From an uncultured Actinomycetes bacterium (GTDB lineage: Bacteria; Actinomycetota; Acidimicrobiia; IMCC26256; DASPTH01), in NCBI GenBank assembly GCA_963827385.1, contig CAWHAR010000002.1, forward strand, positions 223,656 to 287,655: a DNA stretch of 64,000 nt, given 5' to 3'. A model generated the notes under the pieces. It ran no database searches. It was not told where the DNA came from and saw only the letters and a program-made list of their open reading frames with translations. Both the position numbers and the translations under genes were made by a program. Numbering within the stretch: position 1 is the stretch's first letter; every line of letters starts with the position of its first letter. Positions 1 to 9,760 of the stretch are shown here, in pieces.

Positions 1-142
1 TATTTGAGCGAGTGCATGACGGCTGGATCACCTCTGTGCTCGGTCTCAACTTGGAAGCTCGCTGAGATGGTGACGTCGTGCCTACAAATCCGATGCCCCA
101 AGCCTCGGACGCCGCGGGGTCGACCGTCCCGCCCTGGCAGCG

Positions 143-394
143 TCAGGCGAACGCGGCCGTGCCGTCGCCTGACACGAAGGGTGTGCGCGAGGTGCGCACG
201 AGAAACTCCTCCATCCAGAACAACACGATCCGGCGCGTCACGAACTGGGGTCGCGGATCGTGCCCGTGCTGCCACTCCCACACGCGCTGGCCCGTGTCCA
301 TCTCGTGATGGACCAGCGTGAAGCCCTCCCGCCGCGCACGGTCGAGAATCACGTCGCCTTGATCGCTCGCCTGGGTGTCGCCGGTGAGTGTCAT
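143..394 (-). CDS. hypothetical small protein (about 84 aa)
   Basis: Internal start of ORF 143..646 (MTLTGDTQASDQGDVILDRARREGFTLVHHEM...). Its composition is balanced, unlike the Arg/Ser-rich upstream part, which overlaps the GAF-ANTAR gene. No family recognised. Confidence 0.35.
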   Translation of the reverse strand: MTLTGDTQASDQGDVILDRARREGFTLVHHEMDTGQRVWEWQHGHDPRPQFVTRRIVLFWMEEFLVRTSRTPFVSGDGTAAFA

Positions 395-509
395 GTGCAC
401 CTTGCTGCCCCATGGTGCGGCACCGCAAACCACGCGAGTCCATGTCACACGCGTCGATGATCGAGCCCCAGTGGCGGGGTTGCATCGTGCGCTGATCGTC
501 GCCGAACCC

Positions 510-1226
510 TCAGACCGTCGTGCCGCGCCTGCCGTCACGTGCCTCGTCGACGATCGCCTTCGCGACATCGCGCAACTTGCGGTTCGAGTCCTGCGATTCG
601 CGTTTGAGCCGGGCGAACGCTTCGTCGGCATCACACGGCACTTCACGGATCAAGATCCCCTTCGCCTGCTCGATGACCGCCCGCGACGCCAGCGCTTCTT
701 GGAGTTGCTCACCAAGCGCGTGCGCTGTCCAGTACGCCTGCGCGTTGGCAAGGGTCGACGCGGCGTGAGCCACGAACACCGCGGCGATCTGTTCGTCGCC
801 GGCGAATCCCGCGACCGTCTTGGAGTAGAGGTTCAGCGCACCGATCATCTGCTCGCCCGTGCGCAACGGCAAGGACAGGGTGCTGCGCACACCGTGACGC
901 AGCGCAGCCGCCGAGAACTCGGGCCACTGTCGGTCGCCGTTGGTGTCCTCGATGCGCATGATGTCGCCGCTGCGGAAGGCTTCGAGGCACGGGCCGCGGC
1001 CCGTCTCGTACTGGGCGGTGTCGATTTCGGGCGCGGCCGGGTCGGTGAACACCGCGGTCGTCGGGCCACTGGTTCCCATGAGCGTGACCCCAGCCATGTC
1101 ACACCCCTGGAGTTGCTCGGTTGCCAGTGTGGCGACGTTCCGCAGCGAGCCTTCCAGGTTGTCATCGGTGACGACGCTCCGCGACAGAGCCAAGATGGCC
1201 TCCACGAACTCCAGGGGATACTCCAC
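510..1226 (-). CDS. GAF + ANTAR domain RNA-binding antiterminator-type regulator
   Basis: 238-aa ORF. N-terminal GAF-like region and a C-terminal ANTAR signature (RAVIEQAKGILIREVPCDADEAFARLKRESQDSNRKLRDVAKAIV). Confidence 0.85.
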   Translation of the reverse strand: MEYPLEFVEAILALSRSVVTDDNLEGSLRNVATLATEQLQGCDMAGVTLMGTSGPTTAVFTDPAAPEIDTAQYETGRGPCLEAFRSGDIMRIEDTNGDRQWPEFSAAALRHGVRSTLSLPLRTGEQMIGALNLYSKTVAGFAGDEQIAAVFVAHAASTLANAQAYWTAHALGEQLQEALASRAVIEQAKGILIREVPCDADEAFARLKRESQDSNRKLRDVAKAIVDEARDGRRGTTV

Positions 1227-1314
1227 GACGCTCCGATCACACGGAAGCCAGTCGAGTCCCCTGTCAGCTCAAGGAAAGCGGCCGATGCCTAGTGGTGCCT
1301 TCAAACAGTGCGCG

Positions 1315-1776
1315 TCATATTACTGAGGGGTCCGCGCCGTCGATCGAGCGATCGGCCGACGTCCGGATGCGGGCCCACGTGACCTTGCCGTCGTCGACGT
1401 GGTCGCTCCCCCACTCGAGCGAGAGCGATTCGACGATCTGCAGTCCCCAGCCGCCGATCTCGCGCGCGGCGACTGCGCCTCGTCGCGCCAGCGTCGGGCT
1501 CGAGTCGAACACCTCGACACGGACGACATCGTCGCAGCAGATCAATGAGAGACGAATCGGCTCGGCACCATGCACGACCGCATTCGTCACCAGCTCGCTG
1601 GTGATCAGCTCCGCGGTCGCGTGCAGATCACCATGGCCCTCGTCGTCGAGCCACTGACGTACGACCTGACGCGCCGCGCCGGCGCTCGCCGTCGAACCCT
1701 CGAGGGGTGAAGAGAAGGCAGACACTGGCCGCTTTCTTGACCGAGTCGCGCATCGAATGTGTATGTGTCCTTTCAC
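1315..1776 (-). CDS. ATP-binding regulatory protein, RsbW/anti-sigma-factor-like (HATPase_c_2)
   Basis: 153-aa ORF. GTG start with GGAGG 5 nt upstream. Motifs ELVTNAVVHG and GGWGLQIV are typical of RsbW-like serine kinases. Confidence 0.75.
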   Translation of the reverse strand: MKGHIHIRCATRSRKRPVSAFSSPLEGSTASAGAARQVVRQWLDDEGHGDLHATAELITSELVTNAVVHGAEPIRLSLICCDDVVRVEVFDSSPTLARRGAVAAREIGGWGLQIVESLSLEWGSDHVDDGKVTWARIRTSADRSIDGADPSVI

Positions 1777-1808
1777 GGTACGCCTCCGGTCAAGGACAAC
1801 GTTCTGTG

Positions 1809-2369
1809 CTACTGCGATCCTTCGGCTCCGGCGCCCTCGTGCATGAGCTCTTCGAACAGGGCTCGGTACGCCACCACGCCCTGGCGCAGCTCTTCGGTGG
1901 AGACGCCGCCACCCACCGTCTTCTCCGAGATCGCGTGACCCTTCCGATAGCTGTCGACGACGTTCGAGTGGTCGACCGACAAGAGCGCGGCGTTCGTGTC
2001 GAACTCGTCCATCGGGTAGCCCATCTCGCTCATGAGCTGGCTCACGATCGCGTCCGCATCATGGACGGCGACCTGCGGCCGATCGACGAACCCCGCCTGC
2101 ACGCGGTCCCACTCAGCTTGGTAGCGCTCACGGGCCGCGGTGCTCAACGGATGGATGTCCAGGTCCGAACGACGCGCCTCACGTTCCTTGAGCTCTCGCT
2201 CCGCGTCGCGGCGACTGTCCGCGGACTCGACGGTCCGGTCATATTCAGTGCCGAAGCGATCCTGAAGGTGCGTCCGGCGGCGAGTGCTCGTCGTTCGCGC
2301 CACGCTGATGACAACGACCACGACGATCACCACGGCCGCCGCCACGATCAACCATGCCCACCACTCCAT
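1809..2369 (-). CDS. single-pass membrane protein (conserved actinobacterial type)
   Basis: C-terminal 187 aa of ORF 1809..2672, starting at MEWWAWLIVAAAVVIVVVVVISV (TM helix) followed by a charged soluble domain. ATG confirmed at 2367-2369. The upstream part of the ORF is not this gene. Confidence 0.6.
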   Translation of the reverse strand: MEWWAWLIVAAAVVIVVVVVISVARTTSTRRRTHLQDRFGTEYDRTVESADSRRDAERELKEREARRSDLDIHPLSTAARERYQAEWDRVQAGFVDRPQVAVHDADAIVSQLMSEMGYPMDEFDTNAALLSVDHSNVVDSYRKGHAISEKTVGGGVSTEELRQGVVAYRALFEELMHEGAGAEGSQ

Positions 2370-2843
2370 CTCGCCACCTCCATGTCGGGTCTCTCGTGAA
2401 TACCCCGTCGCTGAAGATCCCATGCGAAGCGACCTGCACGGCGCCTCTCGGCATCGAGCACGCACCGGCTTGAGTTCGCCCACGTCACACTTCTCTCTCG
2501 CTGAGTGGTTGGACTCACGCCGGCCCGAGGCCGCCTCGATGAGTGCCGCGAACACGCTCGCGACCTGCGACGAGCTCGTTCGGCCGGGGTCGGTCCGCCG
2601 ATGCAGACCGACGCCCTGCAGGCTGGCCATGAGTCCGCGGGCCACCCGCGCCTGCGGACCACTGCAGCTCACGGCCCTGGGCCTGCACGAGTTGCTCGAC
2701 GAGCTCGCCGGTTCGACGGATCATGCGACGTTGGTGCGCCGCGAACCGCTCGCGGACATCCTCGTTGCGCGTCGCGAGGAGGTCACGCGGAAGTCACGAA
2801 GCAGTTCGTCCGAGGACCACGACCCTTTGAGCGATCCGCGACC

Positions 2844-3497
2844 TCAGCGACCGGCGGCACCCTGACGTCGACGCGCAGGACGCTCGACGTCGCGCAGACC
2901 CCGTTCCAGGAAGGCCAACGCCTGCTCAGTGGTCTCCAACAGCGAGCCCTCAGCGCCGCCGTCGAGCCAGATCCGGGAGGCGTGATCGACTGCGGCGAAC
3001 ATCGTCGACGTGATCACGCCAGGTCGCAGATCGGTCGCGGCGTCCACTCCCAAGCGATGGGCGAGCACGTCGGTCACGGCGCGCCGGTGCGCTGACGCCA
3101 TCGCCGAGGCCTTGGCGAGCAGGTCAGGGTTCTCGGCGACCGTCTGATACCAGTCTTCCGGGACCACGCGTTCCACCCCGAGGACCGCCACCTGCGACAG
3201 GAGTGCATGGCGCAACGCTTCAACCGCGGACTCCTCGGTCGGTCGCGTCGCCAGGTCTGCGGCGATCCGGTCAATGGTGCGCCGGAGCTCCGCGACGAGC
3301 ACGTCGTCCTTCGCGGGGAAGTACCGGAAGAAGGTTCGTACCGAGATCCCGGCTGCCGACGCGATGTCGTCGACGGTGACGGCGGCGTAGCCGCGCTGCG
3401 CGAACTCACGGAGCGCGGCACGCTCGATCTCGCTTCGGAGCTGCTCGGACCGGCGCTGGCGCAGCGTGAGCACCGGCCGCTCGGTCGCCACTGTCAT
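2844..3497 (-). CDS. TetR/AcrR family transcriptional regulator
   Basis: ORF 2844..3548. Likely start is MTVATERP. HTH signature AALREFAQRGYAAVTVDDIASAAGISVRTFFRYFPAKDD. Confidence 0.85.
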   Translation of the reverse strand: MTVATERPVLTLRQRRSEQLRSEIERAALREFAQRGYAAVTVDDIASAAGISVRTFFRYFPAKDDVLVAELRRTIDRIAADLATRPTEESAVEALRHALLSQVAVLGVERVVPEDWYQTVAENPDLLAKASAMASAHRRAVTDVLAHRLGVDAATDLRPGVITSTMFAAVDHASRIWLDGGAEGSLLETTEQALAFLERGLRDVERPARRRQGAAGR

Positions 3498-3528
3498 CCG
3501 GGCACCATATGACACAAGGTGCCCTCGC

Positions 3529-4722
3529 TCATCGGTCGTCGAAGTCAAAATCCCCGAAGCCGAACAGGGCCTTGGCGTTCGAGTAGGTCATCTTCTCGAT
3601 CTCCGCCTCCGGCACCCCGGCGAACTGTTTCTCGACCATGGGCTGCGAGTCGGGGAAGATCCCCTCCCGGTGCGGGTAGTCGTTGCCCCAGAGGAGCGAG
3701 TCGGTACCCGTGAGGGACCGGTTGTGGATGGCGACGGGGTCCCACATGAAGGTGGCGTGGGCCTGGCGCTTCATGTAATGGCTCGGCAGCGCGTCGAGCT
3801 CGATCATCTGCCGCCCGAGCTCCCCGAACCGGCCCTGCCAGTGGTGGTCGCAGAAGTCCATCAACCCGGCCAGCCAGAACGCGTAGCCCTCGGTGACGAT
3901 CACGTGCAGGTCGGGGTACTTCTGGAAGATCCCCGAGAAGGTGAGATCGACGAGCGTGATGCCGATCTGCACCGACTGGCTGTAGAAGCCGGCAATTCCC
4001 GCGCCGGCATACGCCGGGTTGAGCAAGGGGTGCGCACCGGCGTACGTGTCCGGGTGCAGCTTGTTGCGCGTGCCCGCGATGTGCATGGTGACCGGGATCT
4101 GGAGACCGGCAGCCGCTTCCCAGAACGGCTCCCACTCGGCGCCGTAGTACGGCGAACCCCAGATCGCGTCCGGCAACAGCGCCGGCCGCATGCCCAAGGC
4201 CGCGCACCGCTCCAGCTCCTGCACGCACGCGGCCGGGTCGAAGAAGGGGAGGTAGATCCCCGCCGCGAACTTGTCGTAGTGGTCCTTGTACGTGTCGTGC
4301 AGCCAGTCGTTCACCGTGCGGCACCACGCGGTCTGCGCCTCGACGACCAACGGTCCCCGCTCCAGCGAGAGCGGGATGTTGGTGATGAGCACGGCGCCCA
4401 CCACGTTCTCGCGCTCCATGTCGATGAGGCGGCCCACCGGATCCCAGTGGGGCATCGCGTCCACACCGCGGAGCATGTTGATCTGCTCGAGGAGGTGCGC
4501 TTCGCTCTCGACCTTGATCTTGATCGGCTCGCCGGAATCCGCCGCCGAGGCGTCGGCCATGCCCATGGCGCGCATCTGCGGGATGACGATGTATCGCTCG
4601 CCGTCGATCTCCTCCACATTCATGAAGAGGTCGGGGAGGTGGGGACGGAGACGCTCGGGTACCTCGTTGACCAGCCACGGTGGTGGGACCATGTGGCTGT
4701 CAGTCGTGATCAGCTTGCGCAT
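3529..4722 (-). CDS. amidohydrolase family protein (amidohydrolase_2 / ACMSD-like)
   Basis: Intact 397-aa ORF. N-terminal ITTDSHMV and C-terminal LLWGNDYPHREG metal-binding motifs. Confidence 0.85.
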   Translation of the reverse strand: MRKLITTDSHMVPPPWLVNEVPERLRPHLPDLFMNVEEIDGERYIVIPQMRAMGMADASAADSGEPIKIKVESEAHLLEQINMLRGVDAMPHWDPVGRLIDMERENVVGAVLITNIPLSLERGPLVVEAQTAWCRTVNDWLHDTYKDHYDKFAAGIYLPFFDPAACVQELERCAALGMRPALLPDAIWGSPYYGAEWEPFWEAAAGLQIPVTMHIAGTRNKLHPDTYAGAHPLLNPAYAGAGIAGFYSQSVQIGITLVDLTFSGIFQKYPDLHVIVTEGYAFWLAGLMDFCDHHWQGRFGELGRQMIELDALPSHYMKRQAHATFMWDPVAIHNRSLTGTDSLLWGNDYPHREGIFPDSQPMVEKQFAGVPEAEIEKMTYSNAKALFGFGDFDFDDR

Positions 4723-4758
4723 CGGTGTGCCTTTCGAGATCGGTCAGGTCGGGTGCGG

Positions 4759-5244
4759 TCAGGTCGGGTCGGGAAGTGCATCTCCGAGGGACGACGCGGC
4801 GGCCATCAGCTTCTGGAGCGCTGCTGCCGCAGACGGTGCGCCGAAGATGAGGGCCATGGCCGCGGTCATCTCCGGCTCGATGTGGGTGGTCATGCCGGTC
4901 ACCGCGCCGCCCTCGACGGTCAGGTCCATGCGCATGGGGAAATCCACCGTTTGGTCCTCGACGGTTCCCCGCGATCGGCGATCGATCCGGATGGTCGTGT
5001 CGTCGACGACCTCGACCATCGTCTCGCTCTGCAGGTTGGGCGCCGCCACCTTGTAGACGTTCGACTCGAGCGCGCCGAGCTTGACCAGCTGCTCGCGGTC
5101 CATCGGCCCCTCGTGCTCGGTGGCGGGGACGTGTCGGATGTCGACCGTCTCCCCGTACAGCGACGTGAGCATCGCCTGCCCGTTGGCGGACCCGGCAGCG
5201 AAGGCGTCACGCAGGGCGGCCGCAGTGCCGTGGATGTCCGTCAT
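4759..5244 (-). CDS. hypothetical protein (possibly NTF2/SnoaL-like fold)
   Basis: Last 162 aa of ORF 4759..5619 from MTDIHGTAAALRDAF (ATG at 5242-5244). The upstream part of the ORF is Arg/Pro/Thr-rich shadow. Fold assignment is a guess. Confidence 0.5.
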   Translation of the reverse strand: MTDIHGTAAALRDAFAAGSANGQAMLTSLYGETVDIRHVPATEHEGPMDREQLVKLGALESNVYKVAAPNLQSETMVEVVDDTTIRIDRRSRGTVEDQTVDFPMRMDLTVEGGAVTGMTTHIEPEMTAAMALIFGAPSAAAALQKLMAAASSLGDALPDPT

Positions 5245-5266
5245 GTGTTCTCCCTCGGGCAGGTTT

Positions 5267-6959
5267 CTAGGTGGCGGCGCTGGGCGTGCCTGGACCGCCG
5301 GTGCTGGGACAGCCGGTGCAGGGGATGTCAGCCGACAAGGGCGTCGGCGGCGTGTCGAACGAGAACGCCGCGCCGGTCTTGTCGAAGAAGTTGAACGTCT
5401 TCGTCGGCCACGTCCCGGCGATGTAGCGCTTGCCGTCGTTGACGTACCAGGCGACGCCCTTGCCCTCCACGCGGATCGCGTTGGACGATCCGGTGGTGTT
5501 GGAGTCCCACCACATCGGCGCGAAGTCGATGCCGCTCTGGAAGTAGGCCGGGTAGGTGAGGCCGTTGGTCTTGCCGTAACCGTTCTGGATGGTGGTCGGC
5601 GAGTCCGACGCCGCGCCACCCCGAGCCGGCACCGCGAACAACCCCTTCTGGACGTTTGCCGGGGTCAGGTCGGGACCGGCATACATGATCGCGTTCGCCA
5701 GCCAGTTCACCATGTTCTGCGTGACGATTCCTTCGGAGGCGCGCCCCTTGCCCCAGTACCAATCGCTGAGGGTGGTGGCCATCGCGGAACCGGCGATGAG
5801 CGGAGCCAAGACCGACAACCCGAACGCGTGAGCGAACTGGTCCTGGTCGTACGCGTTGCGGGCGAGCAACGCGACGTCCTGGTACTGATACGCGGTCAGC
5901 ACCCACTCAGGCGAGTACTCCTGTTGGGTTGCCACCTTGGTCATCGCGCCGCCCTGGGCGATGTCGGTGAACATGATCACGCTGGTGACACCAGCGGTCT
6001 TGAGCTTCGTGATGATCCCCGGCGCGGCTTCCTGAGCGAGCGCGTCGTCACCGAGCGGCGCCCCGTTGGTGGGATACTCCAACGGCGGGGTCGCGAGCGT
6101 CCCGCCGTACTTGGCGAACGCCTTGGTGAAGGTGGCGATGTCGAAGCCTTTCGGGTACACGACCCCGAACGTGCGTTTCTCCGACTTGAACGACGAGTCG
6201 CCGGCCCACTGGGCCTTGCCCTTGACGAGTTGCTTCCCGATGAACTCGGCGGCGTTCAGGGACGAGCCGGACGGGTCGTTGTTCGCCCAGCGGTACGGGG
6301 CCTGGTCAAGCGAGTCCTGGGTAGTGGTGCCGTAGTCGTACACCAGGTACTTGTTCGCGGCAAGCACGCTGGCGAGCGTGCGCAAACCCCCGCTGAAGGT
6401 GTCGATCACGGCGAACGGCTTCAGCTGCTCGATCGTCACTGCGTCGGCTCGCTGCGCCGCTTCGTCAGAGCCGCTCGACGTGATGAACGAGAACTCGACC
6501 TTGCGACCCCACGTCTCGTAGGTGTGACTGAGTGCCGCCCAGACGTCGGTGACCACGTCCTGGACCCGAATCGGCTGACCAGTGGTCGCGTTCGTCCCCG
6601 CGCCCGCACCCGCGACCGAGCTCTGCTGCGCGTTCGGCACCACGATGGCCGCCTTGATGGTGGTGGCCGTGACCCCGCGAGGTTGCACCGCCGTTGTCGG
6701 CCGGGGCCGGCTTCACACAGAAGGGGCCGTCGGTCGAGGTGATCTGCGGGAACACACCCCAGCCGTCGATCGCGTCGGCGTTGCACTTCGGGTTCTCGAG
6801 CGCAGCCTTGGTGCCCATCCCGGCACCCTTCGGCGGCGTGCCGACGCCGTTGGCATTCACGACCGGCGGCTGCGAGGTCTGCGCCACCGCAGGCACCGCC
6901 AACGCGGAACCGGTGACCACAAGCACCGCGACCGCAAGGAACCAGTGACGCTTCACCAT
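5267..6959 (-). CDS. ABC transporter substrate-binding protein (type I periplasmic binding fold), one frameshift
   Basis: The signal peptide and N-terminus lie in ORF 6465..6959 (MVKRHWFLAVAVLVVTGSALAVPAVAQ...FCVKPAPADNGGA). The body lies in ORF 5267..6688 (...RGVTATTIKAAIVVPNAQQ...). The frames join at the C-run 6673-6676. Confidence 0.75.
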
Positions 6960-7218
6960 CGTCCCCCCCGGGCATCTCTGGACGGCCTACGACTGTCCGC
7001 GCACTCAGTCAAGCCTTGATGGCATTCCATGTCAAGATGCCATGAACTGGCGGGGTCGGCGCTGCTGGCGAGCGTTCGGACTGCGACACCAAGGCAGCTT
7101 CTCTTCTTCGATCCGAACCCCTTGGTGGCTCCGCCGGAACGCTCGCAACCGGCAACGTGGTGAATGTACCGTCACTTCGCGGACGCCGCCCGCGGCGCGA
7201 CACGACAGGAATCAGACG

Positions 7219-8439
7219 ATGAACATCCTCACTGGACTCAAGGTCGTCGATGTCACCGCTTGGGCGTTCGTGCCTTCCGCCGGCGGCGTCCTCGCGGACT
7301 GGGGCGCCGACGTCGTGAAGGTCGAAGCCCCGGACCGCCCCGACCCCATGCGGCTCCTCGGTGGCACCCTCGAGCCCGGCGCTGCGAGCCCGTTGTTCAA
7401 GCACTACAGCCGGGGCAAGCGCGCCATCGCCATCGATCTCACCACCGACGAGGGTCGCGACATCCTGTACCGGCTCGCGAGCGACGCCGACGTGTTCCTG
7501 ACGAGCTACCTCCCACGGACCCGCCAGGCGCTCGGCATCGACGTCGACGACATCCGCGCGGTCAACCCGCGGCATCATCTAGCGCGCGGGAGTGGCCAAG
7601 GCCCGAAGGGCCCCGAGGCCGACCGACCGGGCTACGACGGGATCACGTGGTGGGGCCGGGGCTCGCTCGCCCAGTCGGCGATGGACGTGACGGGTTCAAG
7701 CTGGCCGACCGGCATGGTCGGCCACGGCGACGGCATGTCGGGCATGACGCTCGCGGGTGGGGTGTGCGCCGCGCTGCTCCACCGCGGACTGACCGGGGAG
7801 TCGGTGGTGGTCGACGGCTCGTTGCTCGGTACCGCAACGTGGTTCAACGGCATGGCGCTCGTCATGGGCCAGAGCGTCTGGGCAAGGCCGCCGCGGACGT
7901 TCGAGGAGCCCACGCCCCCACCGGGACGCGAGGGGTCGCCGGCGACCAGCACGCCGTACGTGACCGTGGACCGCCGGTTCATCATGCTCATGTTCATGGG
8001 CGACGACGATCGCGACTTCGCCGACCTGTGCCACCACCTCGACCGGCCCGAGCTGGCGAGCGACGACCGCTTTGCGCGGGCCGCCGCCCGGCAGGAGAAC
8101 TCGCGCGAGCTGCTCGGGATCCTCGATGAGATCTTCCGCACGAGCACGCTCTCTGAATGGAAAGAACGGCTCGTCACGATGCGCGGCCCGTGGTCGCCGC
8201 TGCAGACGCCCGAGGAGTTGTTCGACGACCCGCAGACCATCGCGAACGGATTCCTGCGCCACGTCGACTACCCGGACGGTGGCCTGAAGGTCCCCGCGCC
8301 GCCGATCCTGTTCGACGAGGACCCTGGCGACCCGCCTCGCGCACCCGATTTCGCGGAGCACACCGACGAGATCCTCCGGGAGCTCGGGTGCTCCGACGAC
8401 GACATCAGCCGCTTGCGCGACTCGGGCGCCGTCGCCTGA
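7219..8439 (+). CDS. CoA transferase, family III (CaiB/BaiF)
   Basis: ORF 7042..8439. The real start is MNILTGLKVVDVTAWAFVPSAGGVLADWGADVVKVE (ATG 7219). Typical family III N-terminal motif. Confidence 0.85.
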   Translation: MNILTGLKVVDVTAWAFVPSAGGVLADWGADVVKVEAPDRPDPMRLLGGTLEPGAASPLFKHYSRGKRAIAIDLTTDEGRDILYRLASDADVFLTSYLPRTRQALGIDVDDIRAVNPRHHLARGSGQGPKGPEADRPGYDGITWWGRGSLAQSAMDVTGSSWPTGMVGHGDGMSGMTLAGGVCAALLHRGLTGESVVVDGSLLGTATWFNGMALVMGQSVWARPPRTFEEPTPPPGREGSPATSTPYVTVDRRFIMLMFMGDDDRDFADLCHHLDRPELASDDRFARAAARQENSRELLGILDEIFRTSTLSEWKERLVTMRGPWSPLQTPEELFDDPQTIANGFLRHVDYPDGGLKVPAPPILFDEDPGDPPRAPDFAEHTDEILRELGCSDDDISRLRDSGAVA

Positions 8440-8475
8440 CCGCACATCGTCGACGTTCGCGCCGTCAGCGGTGAC

Positions 8476-9617
8476 TCATGCCGCGGCGGAGGCGGCGATG
8501 ACTCCCTCGGCGTGCAGTGCTGCGATCTCGGCGGCGGTGTAGCCGGCGTCGGCCAGCACCGCGTCGGTGTGCTCGCCCACGGTCGGCGGCGCGGTGGCGG
8601 CGGTCGCCGTCCGTGGCCCGTCGAGATCGGCCATCCGGATGGGGTTCCCGGGGACGAGGGCTCCGTCGACCTCGATGACGCTGCCGCGGACTGCACCTGG
8701 GGGTCCGAGACGAGGTCGTCGCGGCGATTGACGGCTCCGATGGCGGCGCCCATCGGGCCCAGGCGGTCGACCCATTCAGCGGCCGGCCGGGTGGCGAAGG
8801 CGGCAGCCATCGTTGCGGTGACGCGTTCGGCGTCTTCCTGCGAGGGGCGCCCGTCTGCGGCGAGTTCGGACAGGCCCAGGCCCTCGCACAGTGCGGCCCA
8901 CGTCTTGGGTTCGGAGGCGGCCACCGTCACGTACCGGCCATCGCTGCACTCGTACAAACGCCGGTCAGGTGTGACCGGGATCGGATAGGGGGCGGCGAGG
9001 CCGCCGAAGTCGCCGGCGAACAGCCACGTGGCCGCCTCCGCGATGCTGATGTCGATCTGGGTTCCCCGCCCGGTCCGCTCCCGGTCGAGGAGGGCCGACG
9101 TGATCCCGGTCGCCGCCATCATCGCCCCCATCGGCACGGCCAACATCGCCTCCGGGTGCCACGGCATCTCCTGGTGCAGCGCGGCCATGAGCCCTGAGTG
9201 GGCGGTGTAGGTGAGGTCGTGGCCGGGACGAGTGGCGTAGGGACCGTCTTGGCCGAAGCCCGTCACCGAGCACCAGATGAGGCGAGGGAGCTCCGCCGCC
9301 GCCTGCGGGTAGCCGTACCCCCGCTTCTCCATGTCGCCGGGTCGGTTGTTCTCGACCAGGACATCGGCCCACCCTGCGAGCCGGCGCAGGACCTCGGTGC
9401 CACGGCGGTGCCGCTGGTCGAGCGCCACCGAGCGCTTGCCGCGACTCAGGCCCACCCCGACCCCGGAGAGGACTGGGTTCGATCCCGGGGCGTCCACTCG
9501 CACGACCTCGGCGCCGAGGTCGGCCAGGAGAAGCGTGCAGTAGGCGCCGGGGGGAAACCGGCACAGGTCGAGGACGCGGATCCCCTGAAGCGGGCCGGGC
9601 ACATGGTCGTCGGTCAT
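8476..9617 (-). CDS. CoA transferase, family III, one frameshift
   Basis: N-terminus and body lie in ORF 8268..9617 (LQGIRVLDLCRFPPGAYCTLLLADLGAEVVRVD). The C-terminus lies in ORF 8476..8775 (RGSVIEVDGALVPGNPIRMA...). Frames join near 8695-8705. Confidence 0.8.
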
Positions 9618-9760
9618 CGTCGCCTGCGGGGCTCGAACCCGCCGTCCTTCTCGTCGGAACCCTGCCGCATCCTCGCCGCCGCCGCCACGGTAGGGGGACC
9701 GGAACGCGCAGCAGCGGCCCCGAGAGGCATCTGACCGACGTGTTCGTGGAGCGGAGCCGA

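Noticed and set aside
2480-2830. Possible second TetR-like C-terminal domain on the minus strand (DLLATRNEDVRERFAAHQRRMIRRTGELVEQLVQAQG ... ARVARGLMASLQGVGL)
   Set aside because: It has no HTH N-terminus or start codon, and it needs frame changes. It may be a gene remnant, but the support is too weak to annotate.
3466-5394. 642-aa + strand ORF spanning the amidohydrolase region
   Set aside because: It is antisense to a well-supported amidohydrolase gene. Its composition is dominated by R/G/V/D/H/P, as is typical of shadow ORFs in high-GC DNA. No motifs were found.
5081-6742. 553-aa + strand ORF
   Set aside because: It is antisense to the solute-binding protein gene, Arg/Gly-rich, and has no recognisable domain.
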